A DNA stretch of 64,000 bases from Calditrichaceae bacterium. Its GTDB lineage: Bacteria > Calditrichota > Calditrichia > RBG-13-44-9 > J075. Each line of letters starts with the position of its first letter. The first letter of the stretch is position 1. The translations under genes and the position numbers were made by a program. The notes beneath the pieces were generated by a model. The model had not been told where the DNA came from and searched no databases. It saw only the letters and a program-made list of their open reading frames with translations. This document shows positions 62,816-64,000 of this stretch, in pieces. Location of the stretch: the NCBI GenBank assembly GCA_013360445.1, contig JABWBP010000003.1, positions 2,811 through 66,810 of the forward strand, read 5' to 3'.

Positions 62816-64000
62816 ATGAAACACACCTTCCTTTCCAAATGGCTGATTTTGGGCCTGTGGGTAATTCCCCTGCTCCTCTGCGCCCAGGACCTTCGCAAAG
62901 AGAACGGCCGCTACACCTCCCAGGCGGTAAAAACCTTCACCGTGGGGAGCGGGGGGCGGCTCATTTTAGACGGTTTTTCCGGGGACGTGAAAATTTCCTC
63001 CGGGACCCAATCCAACGTGGAGGTGCGGGAAACCCTGCGCATGGACGTTTCCTCCGAAAGCGAGGCGCGGGAAATGCTGGAGCGCGCGCAAAGCAGCTAC
63101 AGCGTATCCGGCCAGACCATCCGGGTTGACGGCCGCAACAGCGACCGCTGGGTGAGCCGCCGGATCGAGATCCGGGTTCCCCGGCCGTTCGACCTGGATA
63201 TCAGCGCCTCCGACGGCGACGTGGAGGGACAAAATCTGCAGGGCAGTCTGCGCCTGCACACCTCCAACGGGGACATCACCCTGGCCGCGGTCGCCGGGGA
63301 GGTTCGCCTGCAAACCTCCGCCGGGGATTTGCACCTGGAAGACATCGACGGGCCGCTGGAGGCGGCGACTTCCGCGGGGGACGTAAAACTGCGCAACGCC
63401 CAGGGAACCGTTGACCTGCGCACCTCCGGCGGCGACATCAGCGCCTACAACCTGCTGAAAGACGCAATCTTGAAGACCGCGGGGGGAGACATTTACGTGG
63501 AAAAAGCCGGGGGCAACCTGATTGCGAACACTTCCGGCGGCGACATCGAAGCGCGGGAGTGCTCCGGCGAGACTGAATTGCGCACCTCCGGCGGGGACAT
63601 CGAGGTGCGGGGCGTGGGCGGCAGCCTGCAAGCCCAAACCAGCGGCGGGGATGTTTTCGGCGCGGATTTGAACGGCGCGGTAACCGCCCGCACCAGCGGG
63701 GGCGACGTGGAGTTGCAGAAAGTCAACGGGGCGGTGCGCGCGGCCACTTCCGCAGGGGACATCGAGGTTGAAATCACCCTGCAAAATTTCAAAATGGAGC
63801 AGCGCATCAATTTGCAGAGCAGCGCCGGCAGCATTCGCCTCACTATCCCGGAAAAATTGCCCGCCAGCATCAGCGCGGAGATCGTGAACGCCGGGGGGCG
63901 CTGGAAACGCTTTGACATTTACAGCGATTTTCCGCTTACCCGGCAGGAAGAAGCCGGGGGGGGAAGCCTGCGCATGAGCGGGGACATCAACGGCGGCGGG
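62816..64000 (+). CDS. DUF4097 beta-strand-repeat exported protein, runs off the window edge
   Basis: Translated by hand from ATG 62816 after an AGGAG RBS: MKHTFLSKWLILGLWVIPLLLCAQ, then repeated TS(G/A)GD(I/V) motifs. Confidence 0.85.
   Translation, partial: MKHTFLSKWLILGLWVIPLLLCAQDLRKENGRYTSQAVKTFTVGSGGRLILDGFSGDVKISSGTQSNVEVRETLRMDVSSESEAREMLERAQSSYSVSGQTIRVDGRNSDRWVSRRIEIRVPRPFDLDISASDGDVEGQNLQGSLRLHTSNGDITLAAVAGEVRLQTSAGDLHLEDIDGPLEAATSAGDVKLRNAQGTVDLRTSGGDISAYNLLKDAILKTAGGDIYVEKAGGNLIANTSGGDIEARECSGETELRTSGGDIEVRGVGGSLQAQTSGGDVFGADLNGAVTARTSGGDVELQKVNGAVRAATSAGDIEVEITLQNFKMEQRINLQSSAGSIRLTIPEKLPASISAEIVNAGGRWKRFDIYSDFPLTRQEEAGGGSLRMSGDINGGG

Overview
Chromosomal window from a GC-rich Gram-negative bacterium of the FCB superphylum or a close relative. 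Calditrichota-like is an inference from PorV/T9SS-type proteins, DUF4159/DUF4175 and gene order. Positions 1-44.5 kb are entirely on the minus strand. They hold kdsB-pyrG-(DUF6448)-kdsA, an M23 peptidase, a PlpD-like patatin-Omp85 protein and DUF4175/DUF4159. Next is a tightly packed cluster: a 4040-aa Ig-repeat surface protein, a PorV-TPR protein, a membrane RsbW-HAMP-SpoIIE-HTH fusion and a STAS-HTH protein. After that come ytxH-like genes, ndk, sucCD and carbamate kinase beside an ArcE-like arginine synthetase. On the plus strand is dnaN-recF-DUF721-gyrB-gyrA-rex, with no dnaA. The right end holds an SplB-like radical SAM gene, a Ser/Thr kinase-PP2C-FHA/protease operon and an ECF sigma/anti-sigma/DUF4097 operon. 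Highlights: (1) both proteins of the partner-switching module carry a mutually homologous HTH resembling IS481/IS3 transposase DNA-binding domains, and they are coupled to the giant surface protein; (2) four TA modules sit inside housekeeping operons, and three have broken toxins with intact antitoxins; (3) a 201-bp MITE has a 12-bp target duplication; (4) many intergenic inverted arrays of 7-9-mers and REP-like hairpins occur. No rRNA, tRNA or CRISPR array was seen.
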